A stretch of DNA of 64,000 bases from a virus. Its lineage: Duplodnaviria; Heunggongvirae; Uroviricota; Caudoviricetes. The notes under the pieces are model-generated. The model worked only from the letters and a program-made list of their open reading frames with translations. It ran no database searches and was not told the DNA's origin. The position numbers and the translations under genes were made by a program. Positions 23,496-32,921 of the stretch are shown here, in pieces (position 1 is the first letter of the stretch; each line of letters begins with the position of its first letter). The stretch lies in the IMG/VR virus record IMGVR_UViG_3300046506_000279; one strand, given 5' to 3'.

Positions 23496-25867
23496 CCGTC
23501 GAGGCGCGCGGTTTCGATGCCGGCGCCTTCGCCCACGCCGGGGCCGGCGCTCGCGCTATCCGGTGGCGGCGGGCTGGCGGCGGCGCTCGGATCCGGCATG
23601 GCCGGGGCGCTGGTGCGGTTCTCGCCTTGCGGGGCGGCGGGCATGCCCGCCTGCGCGGGAACCGGCACGCCGGTGGGGTCGGGGCCGGTGGGCGGGGCGT
23701 CCTTCGGGGTCTTGTCGATGTAGCCGGCCGACAGCAGGATCGCATCGCCGGCCGGCGCCACCTGCGGGCTGGACGCGGCCACGCCACCGGCCTGCATCGC
23801 GGCGTAGGCGCCGTCGACATTCGTTTTGACGGCGATCGCGTGGATGCGCTCGACGTCGGCGGCCAGCTTGGCCACCTCGGCTTGGGTTTTCTTGACCGCC
23901 AGCTGGGCGTTCTCGAGTTGCAGCGCCTGCAGCTGCTGGCCCATGGCAGCGGCCTGCTGCGCTTGCTGGTTGTTCTGCTCGGCCGCGACTTCCTCTTCGG
24001 TTTTGACGATGCTGTCGAGGTCGTGCGCGGCGGCGCGTTGCCTGAGCAATTCTTCGCGCTTGATGTAGGGCGCGTCTTCCGGCGCGATGGTGGCGGCGAA
24101 GTCGTTCAATTGCTGGCCGCGCAGTTCCTTGGCCATCAGGCTGGCGGTGCCGCGCGCCTTGACGTTGAAATCGCCTTTAATGCTGTCGTCCGGGTTGAAC
24201 TGCATGTTCCATTTATACAAACTCTCGATGAAACTCTGGGTCACGCTGTCGTAGTTGCGCAGCAAATCCTTGATGCCGATGCTGGCATTCGCCATCAGCA
24301 TGCTCATGCCGCTGGCGGTGCCGGCCGCGCCCTGGGTGGCGTTCTCGCCCTGCATGTAACGGGGGATGGCGGTGACGTCGTCGGCGTTTTTCTTGAACAT
24401 TTCGACCACCGGCATCAGGTACTCGAGGCCATTCGGCACCTGCAATACGCGCACCGCCGGGGCAGCGGGATCCTTGCCGTTGCGCGCCCAGATTTTGAAG
24501 GGGTACATGTCGTCGGCGCGTTCCTGCGGCGACAAGAGGTCCATGTTCACTTCGAACTGCGGGCCGGCGGTGAGCGCGCCGTTGTCCAGCACCATCCGGG
24601 TGCCCGCGTTGATCATGGTCTGGTCGTCGCGCATCACGGAGGCGTAACCGTCGCCGAAAATGCTGGTTTCGTCCTTGTCGACGTAGTACAGGTGGTAGGG
24701 CCAGGTCACGCCGTTGATCGGCTGCAGCACCACCTTGATCACCGTCCCATCGGGCAGCATCCAGACATTGCCGAAAAAGGTTTCGTGCATGCGGTTGCCG
24801 GGCACTTCCCAGCCGGCACCGGCCAGCAGTTCGCCGTCGAGCCAGCCCCAGCGCTCGAGGACTTCGTAGTTGCCGTCGTCTTTCGTCTGGGCGCCGGGGC
24901 GTTCGCCGATGGCGCGGATTTCGGTGTCGAAATAGCGCGCGGTCTGGGCACCCTTGGGGTTGGCTTCGATGTAGTCGCGGATGGCCTTGCCCTTGAACGA
25001 CTTTTTCTTGGCCAGACTGGCCAGCTTGGCGCGCGTCATCAGGTGGCGTTCGTAGGCGTAGCGGCACTCGGCCAGGCTGGTGGCGCTCATGTCCGGGTAC
25101 CAGCGCCAGAGCGGCACGTAGTCCAGGAACGGCACCACGTACGACTCGACTTTCATGGCCCACTTGCCCTGCTCGATCACGAATTTGCTGCGCGTCTTGC
25201 GCTCGACCAGCGGCGCTTTGAGCACCCCGGTGCCGTACAGGTGGCCGCTGTGCAGCACCTGGCGCGCGGTGGTCGCGTAGTCGGCCTCGGCCAGCTGGTC
25301 GTCGATCACCTGCATCATGCCCTTGGCGGCGACCGTCACCACTTTCTTGATGGCGGCGTCGACTTCCTGCTTGCTGGGGGCGCGCCCTTCGGCCTGCTGC
25401 AGCGCTTGCACGATCTGGGCCTTGGTGGCGCGGTCGATGCTGGGCTTCGACGTGGCCTCGGCCAGCCAGGTGCGCTCGGCCCCGGTCGGGAACAGCAGGT
25501 CGGCGACCCGCGCGTCGACGGTCTTGATCTTGACCCGGGTGGCGCGCACGAACGCGCGGCTGCGGCGCGGGCCGATCAGGGCCAGCACGTCGGGGTCGTA
25601 GATGCCGCGGTACTGGCGCAAATCCTTGAGCCAGCGTTCCTCGGTGTCGCGCCGCGCGTTCTCGGCCTGGCCGAATTCGGCCAGGAGCACCGCGCCCAGC
25701 GCATCGCCCGGCTGGTAGGCGCGGTTGTCCTCGCGTTCCATGCCTTGGGTGGCGGCAGCCACATAGTCGCGCTCGGCCTGGGCGCGCGCGTCATGGCCGC
25801 CCATCCCCTCGATCGAGGCCTGGACGTACTGGGTTTCCGCCTGGGTCAGTCGGTCGGTGTCGGTCAT
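23492..25867 (-). CDS. portal protein (P22 gp1-like, with C-terminal helical barrel and Pro-rich tail)
   Basis: MTDTDRLTQAETQYVQASIEGMGG... About 791 aa, starting at the internal ATG of ORF 23492..26584 with AGGA SD. The C-terminal Gln/Ala coiled-coil (NNQQAQQAAAMGQQLQALQLENAQLAVKKTQAEVAKL) resembles the P22 portal barrel. It lies immediately after TerL. Confidence 0.75.
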   Translation of the reverse strand: MTDTDRLTQAETQYVQASIEGMGGHDARAQAERDYVAAATQGMEREDNRAYQPGDALGAVLLAEFGQAENARRDTEERWLKDLRQYRGIYDPDVLALIGPRRSRAFVRATRVKIKTVDARVADLLFPTGAERTWLAEATSKPSIDRATKAQIVQALQQAEGRAPSKQEVDAAIKKVVTVAAKGMMQVIDDQLAEADYATTARQVLHSGHLYGTGVLKAPLVERKTRSKFVIEQGKWAMKVESYVVPFLDYVPLWRWYPDMSATSLAECRYAYERHLMTRAKLASLAKKKSFKGKAIRDYIEANPKGAQTARYFDTEIRAIGERPGAQTKDDGNYEVLERWGWLDGELLAGAGWEVPGNRMHETFFGNVWMLPDGTVIKVVLQPINGVTWPYHLYYVDKDETSIFGDGYASVMRDDQTMINAGTRMVLDNGALTAGPQFEVNMDLLSPQERADDMYPFKIWARNGKDPAAPAVRVLQVPNGLEYLMPVVEMFKKNADDVTAIPRYMQGENATQGAAGTASGMSMLMANASIGIKDLLRNYDSVTQSFIESLYKWNMQFNPDDSIKGDFNVKARGTASLMAKELRGQQLNDFAATIAPEDAPYIKREELLRQRAAAHDLDSIVKTEEEVAAEQNNQQAQQAAAMGQQLQALQLENAQLAVKKTQAEVAKLAADVERIHAIAVKTNVDGAYAAMQAGGVAASSPQVAPAGDAILLSAGYIDKTPKDAPPTGPDPTGVPVPAQAGMPAAPQGENRTSAPAMPDPSAAASPPPPDSASAGPGVGEGAGIETARLDG

Positions 25868-25878
25868 GCGGGGATCCT

Positions 25879-27417
25879 TTAGTAGCCGGCGCTGGTGGCG
25901 GCGGCGTGGCCGTGGCTGTGCAGCGAGCGCTCGTCGCGCAGGGCGCGCGGCACCACCGGCTCGGCGAAGGTCATGGCCAGCGCATCGCCGCCGTCGGGGC
26001 TGCGGGCGCCGCGCTTTTTCATGTCGTCCTTCTTTTCCAGCTGCTTGCGGCCGGAACTGTCGTACGAGTAGCTTGGCGCCGACAGGTCGGACATCAGGGC
26101 GGCATCGCGCGGCAGGCGGCACGGCGTTTCTTCCAGCCAGTATTTGGTGCGCCACCACATTTCGGCGCGCTTGTTCTTGAACTGCTCCTTGTCCTGGGCG
26201 CTGGCACCGGCCATCACGCCGATCACCGGGATGTTCAGTTCCTTGAGGCGGTCGACGATGCCGCTGCCGATGCCGCCGCGGTCGACCAAGAGGCCGTCCG
26301 GCGACTCGGTCTGCCACAGGTTGGCCAGGATGCCGGCCACTTCCATCGGGCCTTTCTTGGCGTGGTACTCGACCCGGTACACGGTGCGCCCGTGGCGGCA
26401 CACGATCGCGGTGCGGTCGTCGCCGTATTCGGCCGGGTCGCAGCCGATCACCTTGGCCCCGCTCATGCTGCGGTAGTCGCTGTTGACGGCGGCCGCCACC
26501 AGGTCGGGCGAGATCAAGGGGTTGGCGTTGGGTACCTGGAACGCGTGGCTGGGGGTGGCCGGGAATTCCTGGTCGAACAGCCACTGGTGGCCGTCGTCAT
26601 AGCCGGCCATCTTGTTGCGGCGCCACGCCATCTGGCCCAGGCTCAGGCCGTGGGCGTCGGCATAGCGCGCTTCGATCTCGGTCAGGTGGAAGTCGTGCGG
26701 CACGTTGGCCTGGTAGCGCTTCTCCCAGAACCACGGGATGAAGATCGTGCGGAACATCCCTTGCCCGGCTTCGGCCTGCGACCACACTTCGGCAAAGGCG
26801 TTGCCGTAGCCATTGGCGGTCGATTCCAGCGCCACTTCGGTGCCCTCGACGTCGGCCACGATGTTCGAGATCGCGGCGTACTGGGCGAAGCTGTTCTTCC
26901 AGAACGCGAATTCGGAGCAGTGCAGCAGCTGCGAGGTGCCGCCGCGGCCAATGTCCTCGGAACCGGCGGTGTTGACCTTGTAGCCGCCGTCCAGCGCGGC
27001 AAAGACCAACTCTTTCGCGTTCGAGTTGCGGGTGCTGGGCGCGAACGGATTGCACTCGTGGAAGCGCTTGACCATGCCGAACAATTCGTCGCTGGAGTCC
27101 TGGACGTGGGCCAGCACGCGCGCCTTCATGCCCTCGCTCATGCTGGCCTGGTGGTAGAAGCGCCCGCCGAAGTAGGTCGACAGGCCTTGCTTCCTGCCCT
27201 TGAGCACGATCACCCGCACCATGCCGGTGTCGGCTTTCTGTTCCTCGCACACCTGGTGCGCGTACAGCTGGGCCGCGTTCAGCTCGAGCGGCGCCATCCT
27301 GCCGGCCATGTCGCGGATCTTCAGGCACTCGGCGCCGAAGGCCGGCATGTGCTGTTTCAGGTAGCGCAGCACGCGCAGGCGCTGGTCTTCCCGGTCGTTA
27401 AGGAGGATGACGCTCAT
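25879..27417 (-). CDS. terminase large subunit
   Basis: 512 aa with an AAGGAGG SD. It has an N-terminal ATPase region (VIVLKGRKQGLSTYFG) and a C-terminal nuclease-like region. It is ATGA-coupled to TerS upstream. Confidence 0.8.
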   Translation of the reverse strand: MSVILLNDREDQRLRVLRYLKQHMPAFGAECLKIRDMAGRMAPLELNAAQLYAHQVCEEQKADTGMVRVIVLKGRKQGLSTYFGGRFYHQASMSEGMKARVLAHVQDSSDELFGMVKRFHECNPFAPSTRNSNAKELVFAALDGGYKVNTAGSEDIGRGGTSQLLHCSEFAFWKNSFAQYAAISNIVADVEGTEVALESTANGYGNAFAEVWSQAEAGQGMFRTIFIPWFWEKRYQANVPHDFHLTEIEARYADAHGLSLGQMAWRRNKMAGYDDGHQWLFDQEFPATPSHAFQVPNANPLISPDLVAAAVNSDYRSMSGAKVIGCDPAEYGDDRTAIVCRHGRTVYRVEYHAKKGPMEVAGILANLWQTESPDGLLVDRGGIGSGIVDRLKELNIPVIGVMAGASAQDKEQFKNKRAEMWWRTKYWLEETPCRLPRDAALMSDLSAPSYSYDSSGRKQLEKKDDMKKRGARSPDGGDALAMTFAEPVVPRALRDERSLHSHGHAAATSAGY

Positions 27418-28031
27418 CCGTCCAGGTTGTATTTACTGTTGATCATGCGGATCAACTTGTCGGTTTCGGATTCGCTGGCCTTGTCCTCGTCGATGCCGAA
27501 GGCCTGGCGCTCAAGCGCGATCAGGGTGCGCAGCGAGTCGGCCAGGCCTTTCATGGTGCCGGTGCGGCTCGACAGGCTCATGGCTTTGCGGAACAGTTCG
27601 GTGCGCTTGTCCTGGCCGTTCTCGTCGGGCTGGGCCAGGAGTTCGCCCAGCCGCTCGTACAGGCCGACGTTCCCGACCTGGTGTTCGAGCTCGTCCAGCA
27701 GGGCCATGCTGACCCGGCGCGCGCGCTGGATGTCGCTGCGGTGGGCTAGGATGATGTTGCTTTGCAGGGTGGCGTTGGCCTCGACGATCTGGCTTTCGTT
27801 AGCGCGGGTTAGCGCACTAACCTCGGCACTAACCGCCGCCGCACTAACCTTGGCGTCGGCCTTGGCGCGGATCTTGGCGCCTAGGTCGCGGCTCCAGCCG
27901 TGCTTCTTGGCGTGCTTGACAATGCCGGCGTCGGATACGCCGTATTCCGCGCCGATCGCCTTCAGGGATTTGATATTGGCGCGGTATTCCACCTCGACCA
28001 TGCCCCAGTCGATGACTTTTTTCTCTACCAT
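27414..28031 (-). CDS. terminase small subunit
   Basis: MVEKKVIDWGMVEVEYRANIKSLKAIGAEYGVSDAGIVKHAKKHGWSRDL... It has an HTH-containing N-terminus typical of TerS. This is the internal ATG of ORF 27414..28205. Confidence 0.65.
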   Translation of the reverse strand: MVEKKVIDWGMVEVEYRANIKSLKAIGAEYGVSDAGIVKHAKKHGWSRDLGAKIRAKADAKVSAAAVSAEVSALTRANESQIVEANATLQSNIILAHRSDIQRARRVSMALLDELEHQVGNVGLYERLGELLAQPDENGQDKRTELFRKAMSLSSRTGTMKGLADSLRTLIALERQAFGIDEDKASESETDKLIRMINSKYNLDG

Positions 28032-28041
28032 GGTTGCTACC

Positions 28042-28470
28042 TCATACTTGCCAGCCGTGGACCGCGCGCCCGAGCAGGCGCTGCTCACGCTCACGCGCGG
28101 CAATGCGGGCCTGCTCGATGGCGTGTGCCTCGGCGTGGGCGCGGGCCGCGGCCTGCTGCTCTCTTTGTGCCTGTTGCGCGGCGTACTGGGCGACGCGCAC
28201 GGCATGGTCGGCGGCGTACTTGGCGGCGTTCGCGCGGCGGGTCTCGACTGCCTTGCGCGCGGCTGCTGCCCGTGCTGCGGCGCGTTGCTGGTCGAGCGCT
28301 TCCTGTTCGCGCTGGGCGGCGCGGCGGTTGGCGTCGATCAGGATCATGCTGGCGTAGTCGCGCAACTTGAAATTCTCGCGGGCCTGGGCGCGTTGTTCGG
28401 CATGCTGGCGAGCGTGGGTGACTTTGCGCATGATGGCCATGCGCGCGTGCTTGTCGACGGGAATTTTCAT
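28042..28470 (-). CDS. Ala/Arg/Gln-rich coiled-coil protein (142 aa)
   Basis: MKIPVDKHARMAIMRKVTHARQHAEQRAQARENFKLRDYAS... It has strongly biased composition. It is the first gene of the leftward late block after a divergent intergenic region. Confidence 0.4.
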   Translation of the reverse strand: MKIPVDKHARMAIMRKVTHARQHAEQRAQARENFKLRDYASMILIDANRRAAQREQEALDQQRAAARAAAARKAVETRRANAAKYAADHAVRVAQYAAQQAQREQQAAARAHAEAHAIEQARIAAREREQRLLGRAVHGWQV

Positions 28471-28574
28471 GCGGGTGCTGACGTGTGTGCGGCGTCAAGG
28501 CCGCAGAATTCTATGTACATACAATTACGTCATCGGCTGCGCACTGGGCGCGGCGACATGGTGCGAGGGACGAC
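28471..28574. promoter_or_regulatory. divergent intergenic region (late-block start versus plus-strand island)
   Basis: 104 bp between divergent genes. It has a TTGACG -35-like element on the minus strand and an AT-rich tatgtacatacaattacgtca segment. Confidence 0.3.
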
Positions 28575-28940
28575 ATGCAGAAATTCACGATTCAGGTCAG
28601 CGACCGGCGCGGCAAATATGCCGCCAGAACCTATGCAGTCGAAGCCGATGAGGAATTCTTGGCCTACGGCGAGGCGACCGAGCGGTTTATCAAGGACAAC
28701 CATCACCGCCCGCGCGGCCCATCCGAGCGCATGTCTTCGTACTACAGCCGGTTCTGGAACGAGGTTGTTCCTGCGCCTGCCGCAAACCAGCATGCAGAGC
28801 TCAAGGCCACCTACGACAACGCCCTGCTGGCGGCCTGCGCGCTGGCCACGCCGGAAGAACGGCGTGCTGCCTGCGATACGGCGCATATCCGGTATGAGGA
28901 AGCGTGCGCCAAGGCCGGGATCGCGCTACCGGACGAGTGA
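28575..28940 (+). CDS. hypothetical protein (121 aa)
   Basis: MQKFTIQVSDRRGKYAARTYAVEADEEFLAYGEATERFIKDNHHRPRG... with GAGGGA SD. Confidence 0.5.
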   Translation: MQKFTIQVSDRRGKYAARTYAVEADEEFLAYGEATERFIKDNHHRPRGPSERMSSYYSRFWNEVVPAPAANQHAELKATYDNALLAACALATPEERRAACDTAHIRYEEACAKAGIALPDE

Positions 28941-29026
28941 GCGAGCCTGTTCAGGTTCAGCCATTGCCCGCCGCGCGCGGGCTTTGGCCGTAGCGGCGCA
29001 GCGGGCGCCGATCACTGGAGAAGATC

Positions 29027-29647
29027 ATGGTGCGATTCATTACCGGCCGTTTCGAGAACGGCAGTTTTATCCTGGCAGACGAGCGGGCCGGCGTGTGGGC
29101 CAACACCTTCGATAGCCGCGATCAGGCGCTGGGCGCACTGGCCGCGCTGGGGTGGGTAGGCTGCGAGGTGCATTCGACGTCCGCCTTGCTGGCGCGTGGC
29201 GTGGAATTGGCGGTGATCGCGGAAAATGACCATGCGGCCGCCAATCACCGGGCCGCCGTCGACCATTGCGCCGCCCAGCTGGCTGCGGCAATTACCACCG
29301 CCACCGACATCACCGATCGCGTCCCGCTCAAGCCGACACGGCGCACGTTCTTTATGAGCCAGGCGGCCATGGCCGATTTCTGCACCACCAGCACCGCGCA
29401 CTATGTCTATCTGGCGGCGGCGACGGCGGCGTGGCGCGCTGCGGCCGAATATGCGCTGAACCTGCGGCTGACCGAGCAGGGCGTGCCCAGCGAGCCGGCC
29501 GATTTGTATCTGAGCGACACCGAAAACCGGGTATGGATCGCCGGCTTCACCTTGGACCAGGCGCGCGCGGCCGCGCAGGCGCCGCAGTCGTATCCGTGGG
29601 TGTTGCGGCGCGGGTTTGATCTGCAGCCCGGTGCAGGGGCGGCGTGA
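29027..29647 (+). CDS. hypothetical protein (206 aa)
   Basis: MVRFITGRFENGSFILADERAGVWANTF... with GGAG SD. Confidence 0.5.
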   Translation: MVRFITGRFENGSFILADERAGVWANTFDSRDQALGALAALGWVGCEVHSTSALLARGVELAVIAENDHAAANHRAAVDHCAAQLAAAITTATDITDRVPLKPTRRTFFMSQAAMADFCTTSTAHYVYLAAATAAWRAAAEYALNLRLTEQGVPSEPADLYLSDTENRVWIAGFTLDQARAAAQAPQSYPWVLRRGFDLQPGAGAA

Positions 29648-30078
29648 GCGCGGCAGCAGACCTGGCGCGCGCGCTGGCGGCGTGCGGCATCGCGGTGCAG
29701 GCGGTGGTCGAGGCAGACACCGATTTGCCCTGCGGTTCGGTCTCGGTCAGCCCCACGCTGTGCGTCGCGGTGGGCGCGGGGTCGTGGAGCGTGCTGCGCG
29801 ATCTGCCGGGCGGGCGCCGCAAGGTGTATCCGGTGCGCGCGCGGTGGGAGTTCAATGCGCTGGTGGCCGATATTGCCGCAGCGCTGCGGCGGCCGGGCCA
29901 GCCGCGCAAACTGGTCGGCAAGCAGCACCGGCTGCTGGTGGATGCGGAATCGTTCGCGCTGGCGGCGCAGTTCGGGGGCGGCAATAGCAGCGAAGGGGTG
30001 CGGGTGGCGCTGCGGTTTTTGCGCGATGCCCGGGCGGCAGGGCGAGCGGGGGCCGAACAGGAAGCGGGGGGCGGGTGA
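29644..30078 (+). CDS. hypothetical protein (144 aa)
   Basis: GTG start overlapping the upstream stop (GTGA). VSAAADLARALAACGIAVQAVVEADTDLPCGSVSV... Confidence 0.45.
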   Translation: MSAAADLARALAACGIAVQAVVEADTDLPCGSVSVSPTLCVAVGAGSWSVLRDLPGGRRKVYPVRARWEFNALVADIAAALRRPGQPRKLVGKQHRLLVDAESFALAAQFGGGNSSEGVRVALRFLRDARAAGRAGAEQEAGGG

Positions 30079-30186
30079 CTGTTTTCCCGCTCGGGTGCCG
30101 CGAAGGCGGCAAGTACGCGGGGGAAAAGACTGTGGGCTGGCCGGTCTGGCTGGTCAACCGTTCCGCTGGCGGGGCGGCTGCTGGTC

Positions 30187-30216
30187 TTGTCAGGGTTTGA
30201 ATGGGGCAATGATAAT
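30187..30216 (+). promoter_or_regulatory. sigma70-like promoter candidate
   Basis: TTGTCA, an 18-nt spacer, then GATAAT, in an AT-rich island about 45 bp upstream of the 30260 ATG. Confidence 0.4.
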
Positions 30217-30259
30217 GCACTTTCATGTTTACAATCAATTATTTACGGGATGAATTGAC

Positions 30260-30907
30260 ATGGACGACAAAATGAGCAACCCGGCGGCGGATGAAGCGCT
30301 GCGCGCGCTGCTGGCCACGCGCAGCGATCCGTATGCACCGGTGCTGCTGAACGGGGCCGAGTGGGTGGTCTATGAACCTAGCTACAGGCCGGGCCAGCCG
30401 GAACTGTCGCGCAACGTGGCGGCGGGCAGGGCCAAGATTACCCGCACCGAGCGGGCCGAGAAGCCGTTCTGCCTGCAAGTGTCGATGGCGGGGTGGGAAC
30501 GGGTATCGCTCGATGCGGTCAGCTGGCACGATGACCTGGCCGGCGCGGCGGCGGCGGCCGAAGCGCACCAGTGGCAGACCGTCGAACACCTGGGGCGGAC
30601 CTGGTATTACGAGGAAAAGGGGCACCAGACTAGCTGGCTGTGCTACTTCGGTCCCGGGCATAGCGTGTCTGTAACGCGCCTGAAGGCGTCAGCAGACGGG
30701 TTTTCGGTCGAGCACGAACTGTCGCCGCGCTGGGGCGAGACCTATACCGTCAAGTGCAGCCGCTATGCGTCCGGCGGCGACCCGGTGATTGCCAGTTTCG
30801 AGGAAGCGGCGGCGGTGGCCATGACCCTGCCGCTGTATGTGGCGGCGCTGATGACCCAGGCCGAACCGGCGCCGGTGCTGGCTATGCCCGGCGCCGCAGG
30901 TACTTAG
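30260..30907 (+). CDS. hypothetical protein (215 aa)
   Basis: MDDKMSNPAADEALRALLATRSDPYAPVLLNGAEWVVYEPSY... It is preceded by the promoter candidate. Its 3' end overlaps the convergent Q-like gene. Confidence 0.5.
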   Translation: MDDKMSNPAADEALRALLATRSDPYAPVLLNGAEWVVYEPSYRPGQPELSRNVAAGRAKITRTERAEKPFCLQVSMAGWERVSLDAVSWHDDLAGAAAAAEAHQWQTVEHLGRTWYYEEKGHQTSWLCYFGPGHSVSVTRLKASADGFSVEHELSPRWGETYTVKCSRYASGGDPVIASFEEAAAVAMTLPLYVAALMTQAEPAPVLAMPGAAGT

Positions 30908-31427
30908 CCGCGCGCACGTTGTGCGCCTGCAGCAGGCCTTCCAGTTCGCTGACCATGTCCATGATCTTGTCGCGCTCCAGCCGGCTCAGGCTGGGCGGCA
31001 GTTCGGCCCGTTTGCTGCCGCGGCAGTCGGGGCACAGGCGGCGGGTAGTCGTTACGCCGGTGCCGTGGCAGGCCGGGCAACGGGGGTCGATCCAGTAGCT
31101 CAGCGAGCCCAGCGCCACCCGCCGGTACAGGGCGTGCTGGGCGCTGATGTCCCATTCGGTGCTGGCCGGCAACCAGGCGCGCTCGCGGCCCTTGGCGCTG
31201 ACCAGGGCGTGCCAGATCGCCAGCAGCCGGGCCAGGTTGTGGCTGCCGCTGGCGAAGGCGTCGCGCAGGGTGCCGTCGGCGTATTTGACCCTGGCCAGCA
31301 GCGGGCCGAGCCCGGTGCCGGTCTTGCTGGCCTGGGCCGCGGCAAACAGGGCTTCGGTGCTGGTGTGGTGGGCGTCGTCGCGCAGGTCGGACGAGCGCAC
31401 TGCGCGCACGTAATTTTCGTCGAACAT
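30882..31427 (-). CDS. DnaJ-type zinc-finger protein (CxxCxGxG x2); antiterminator Q-like candidate
   Basis: ...WIDPRCPACHGTGVTTTRRLCPDCRGSKRAELPP... 181 aa, located between the early leftward genes and the late block. Confidence 0.35.
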   Translation of the reverse strand: MFDENYVRAVRSSDLRDDAHHTSTEALFAAAQASKTGTGLGPLLARVKYADGTLRDAFASGSHNLARLLAIWHALVSAKGRERAWLPASTEWDISAQHALYRRVALGSLSYWIDPRCPACHGTGVTTTRRLCPDCRGSKRAELPPSLSRLERDKIMDMVSELEGLLQAHNVRAAKYLRRRA

Positions 31428-31496
31428 GGGGCACCCCTTCCAAGATGCGGCAATTGTCGCATGGAAGGGGCGCGGCCCTCATATATGTGAGTGTCG

Positions 31497-32441
31497 CTAC
31501 TTGGCTACGTTCAGGAACGGCAGCGGGGCGCCGGCGTACATGTTTTGCGGCAGCTTGCCGTCCCAGCGCTCGGCCTTGGTGTGCTCCACTTCGATCCGGC
31601 GCAGCTCGAGCACGTCGCGGTTCTGGGCCAGCGCGGCGTTCTGGATCTTCAGCGCGTCGGCCTGGGCGGTGGCCAGTTTCAGGCTGGCGTAGGCCTCGCC
31701 GTCGGCCTTGGCGCGCAGCGCGGTGGCCTCGGCTTCGGCGATCGCCACCTTCTGTTTCTGTTCGGCTTCCACGGTTTTCAGCTTGTTCTCGGCGCCCAGC
31801 CGCAGCTGCTCTTGCGTCACCTTGGCGCTGATCGCGCGCATGTAGTCGCCGCCGAAGGCGAAATTGCGCATGTCGATGTTGATCACCTGGGCGCCGTACA
31901 GGCTCAGCTTGGTGCGCAGGGCGGTGGCGATGTCGCCCGATACCTGGGCGCGCTTGGCGATCAGGTCGGGCGCCGTGTAGCGGGCGGTCACGGCCTTGAA
32001 GGCTTCCTGGGTGGCGGTCTGGACGTACGAGGACAGGTCGCCGTCGTGGCTGTATTTCTCGTACACCTCGGCCACCCGGTCCACCGAAATGCTGTAGCGA
32101 ACGGTCATGCTGACCTTGACCGGCTGGGTGTCGCTGGTGCTGCCGTCGGCGTCCTCGATCTTGGCTTCTTCCGCCCGCACGCTGAACAAGGCCAGCCGCT
32201 CCCACGGGAACAGGATCACCAGCCCTTCGTTCTGGATGCCCTTGATCGCGCCGAACTGGGTGATCACCCCGCGCGAACCGGTGGGCACGGTGCGGAACGG
32301 CCAGCACCACAGCACGCACAGCAGGGCGGCCAGGGCCAGCAGGGCGTCGCGCGCGATCCGCCAGGTTTTGAACGTGGTGCGGGCGGCGCGGAAACTGCTG
32401 CCAGTATTGGCGGCCGGGATCTGGTTCAGGTAACGGTCCAT
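31497..32441 (-). CDS. SPFH/band-7 (HflK/C-prohibitin-like) membrane protein
   Basis: N-terminal TM (ALLALAALLCVLWCW) then VPTGSRGVITQFGAIKGIQNEGLVILFPWERL..., a canonical SPFH domain. It has a C-terminal coiled-coil (KVAIAEAEATALRAKADGEAYASLKLA). Confidence 0.8.
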   Translation of the reverse strand: MDRYLNQIPAANTGSSFRAARTTFKTWRIARDALLALAALLCVLWCWPFRTVPTGSRGVITQFGAIKGIQNEGLVILFPWERLALFSVRAEEAKIEDADGSTSDTQPVKVSMTVRYSISVDRVAEVYEKYSHDGDLSSYVQTATQEAFKAVTARYTAPDLIAKRAQVSGDIATALRTKLSLYGAQVINIDMRNFAFGGDYMRAISAKVTQEQLRLGAENKLKTVEAEQKQKVAIAEAEATALRAKADGEAYASLKLATAQADALKIQNAALAQNRDVLELRRIEVEHTKAERWDGKLPQNMYAGAPLPFLNVAK

Positions 32442-32501
32442 GCGGGTGGTGCTTTCGTAACGGCGGCCCTCGTCGCCGGGCCGCGTGGCGTGCTTCAGGT
32501 G

Positions 32502-32696
32502 TCAGTCCTCCAGCTCGCGGCGCAGGCGCGCGTCGGCCAGCTGGCGCCGGGTGCGTTCGGCGTGGCGGCGGGCCAGGTGGGCGCGTGCCAGTTCCAGGTG
32601 GTGCTGGCGGCGCTGGGCGCGCTCACTCTGTTCGGCCGCTGCGGCGGCCTGCTTGGCCTCACGGCGCCTGGTCCACGGCAGTTTGATTCCCAGCAT
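32502..32696 (-). CDS. small basic coiled-coil protein (64 aa)
   Basis: MLGIKLPWTRRREAKQAAAAAEQSERAQRRQHHLELARAH... with GGAGG SD. This is the internal ATG of ORF 32502..32780. Confidence 0.4.
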   Translation of the reverse strand: MLGIKLPWTRRREAKQAAAAAEQSERAQRRQHHLELARAHLARRHAERTRRQLADARLRRELED

Positions 32697-32921
32697 CTTC
32701 GGTCGCCTCCATGGTGGTGATGTAGTCTTCGCGCTCCTGCACGCCGCTCCTGGCCTGGTCGAACATGCCGCACTGGTCATCCCACGCTTTGTAGTCGTCG
32801 ATCAGGGGGTTGAAGCCCAGGCAGCGGCCGTCGACCTGGGTGGCCAGTGCGGGTGCCACGCCGCTGCGGGTGAAGTGGCGGCAGCGCGCGCAGATGGCCT
32901 GCGGGTCATAGCGCGTGCCCC

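Noticed and set aside
23627-29115. ORFs 23627..25882(+) and 25906..29115(+), 751 and 1069 aa
   Set aside because: Antisense shadows of the portal and terminase genes. They have TTG starts, Gly/Arg/Ala-rich low-complexity products and no motifs.
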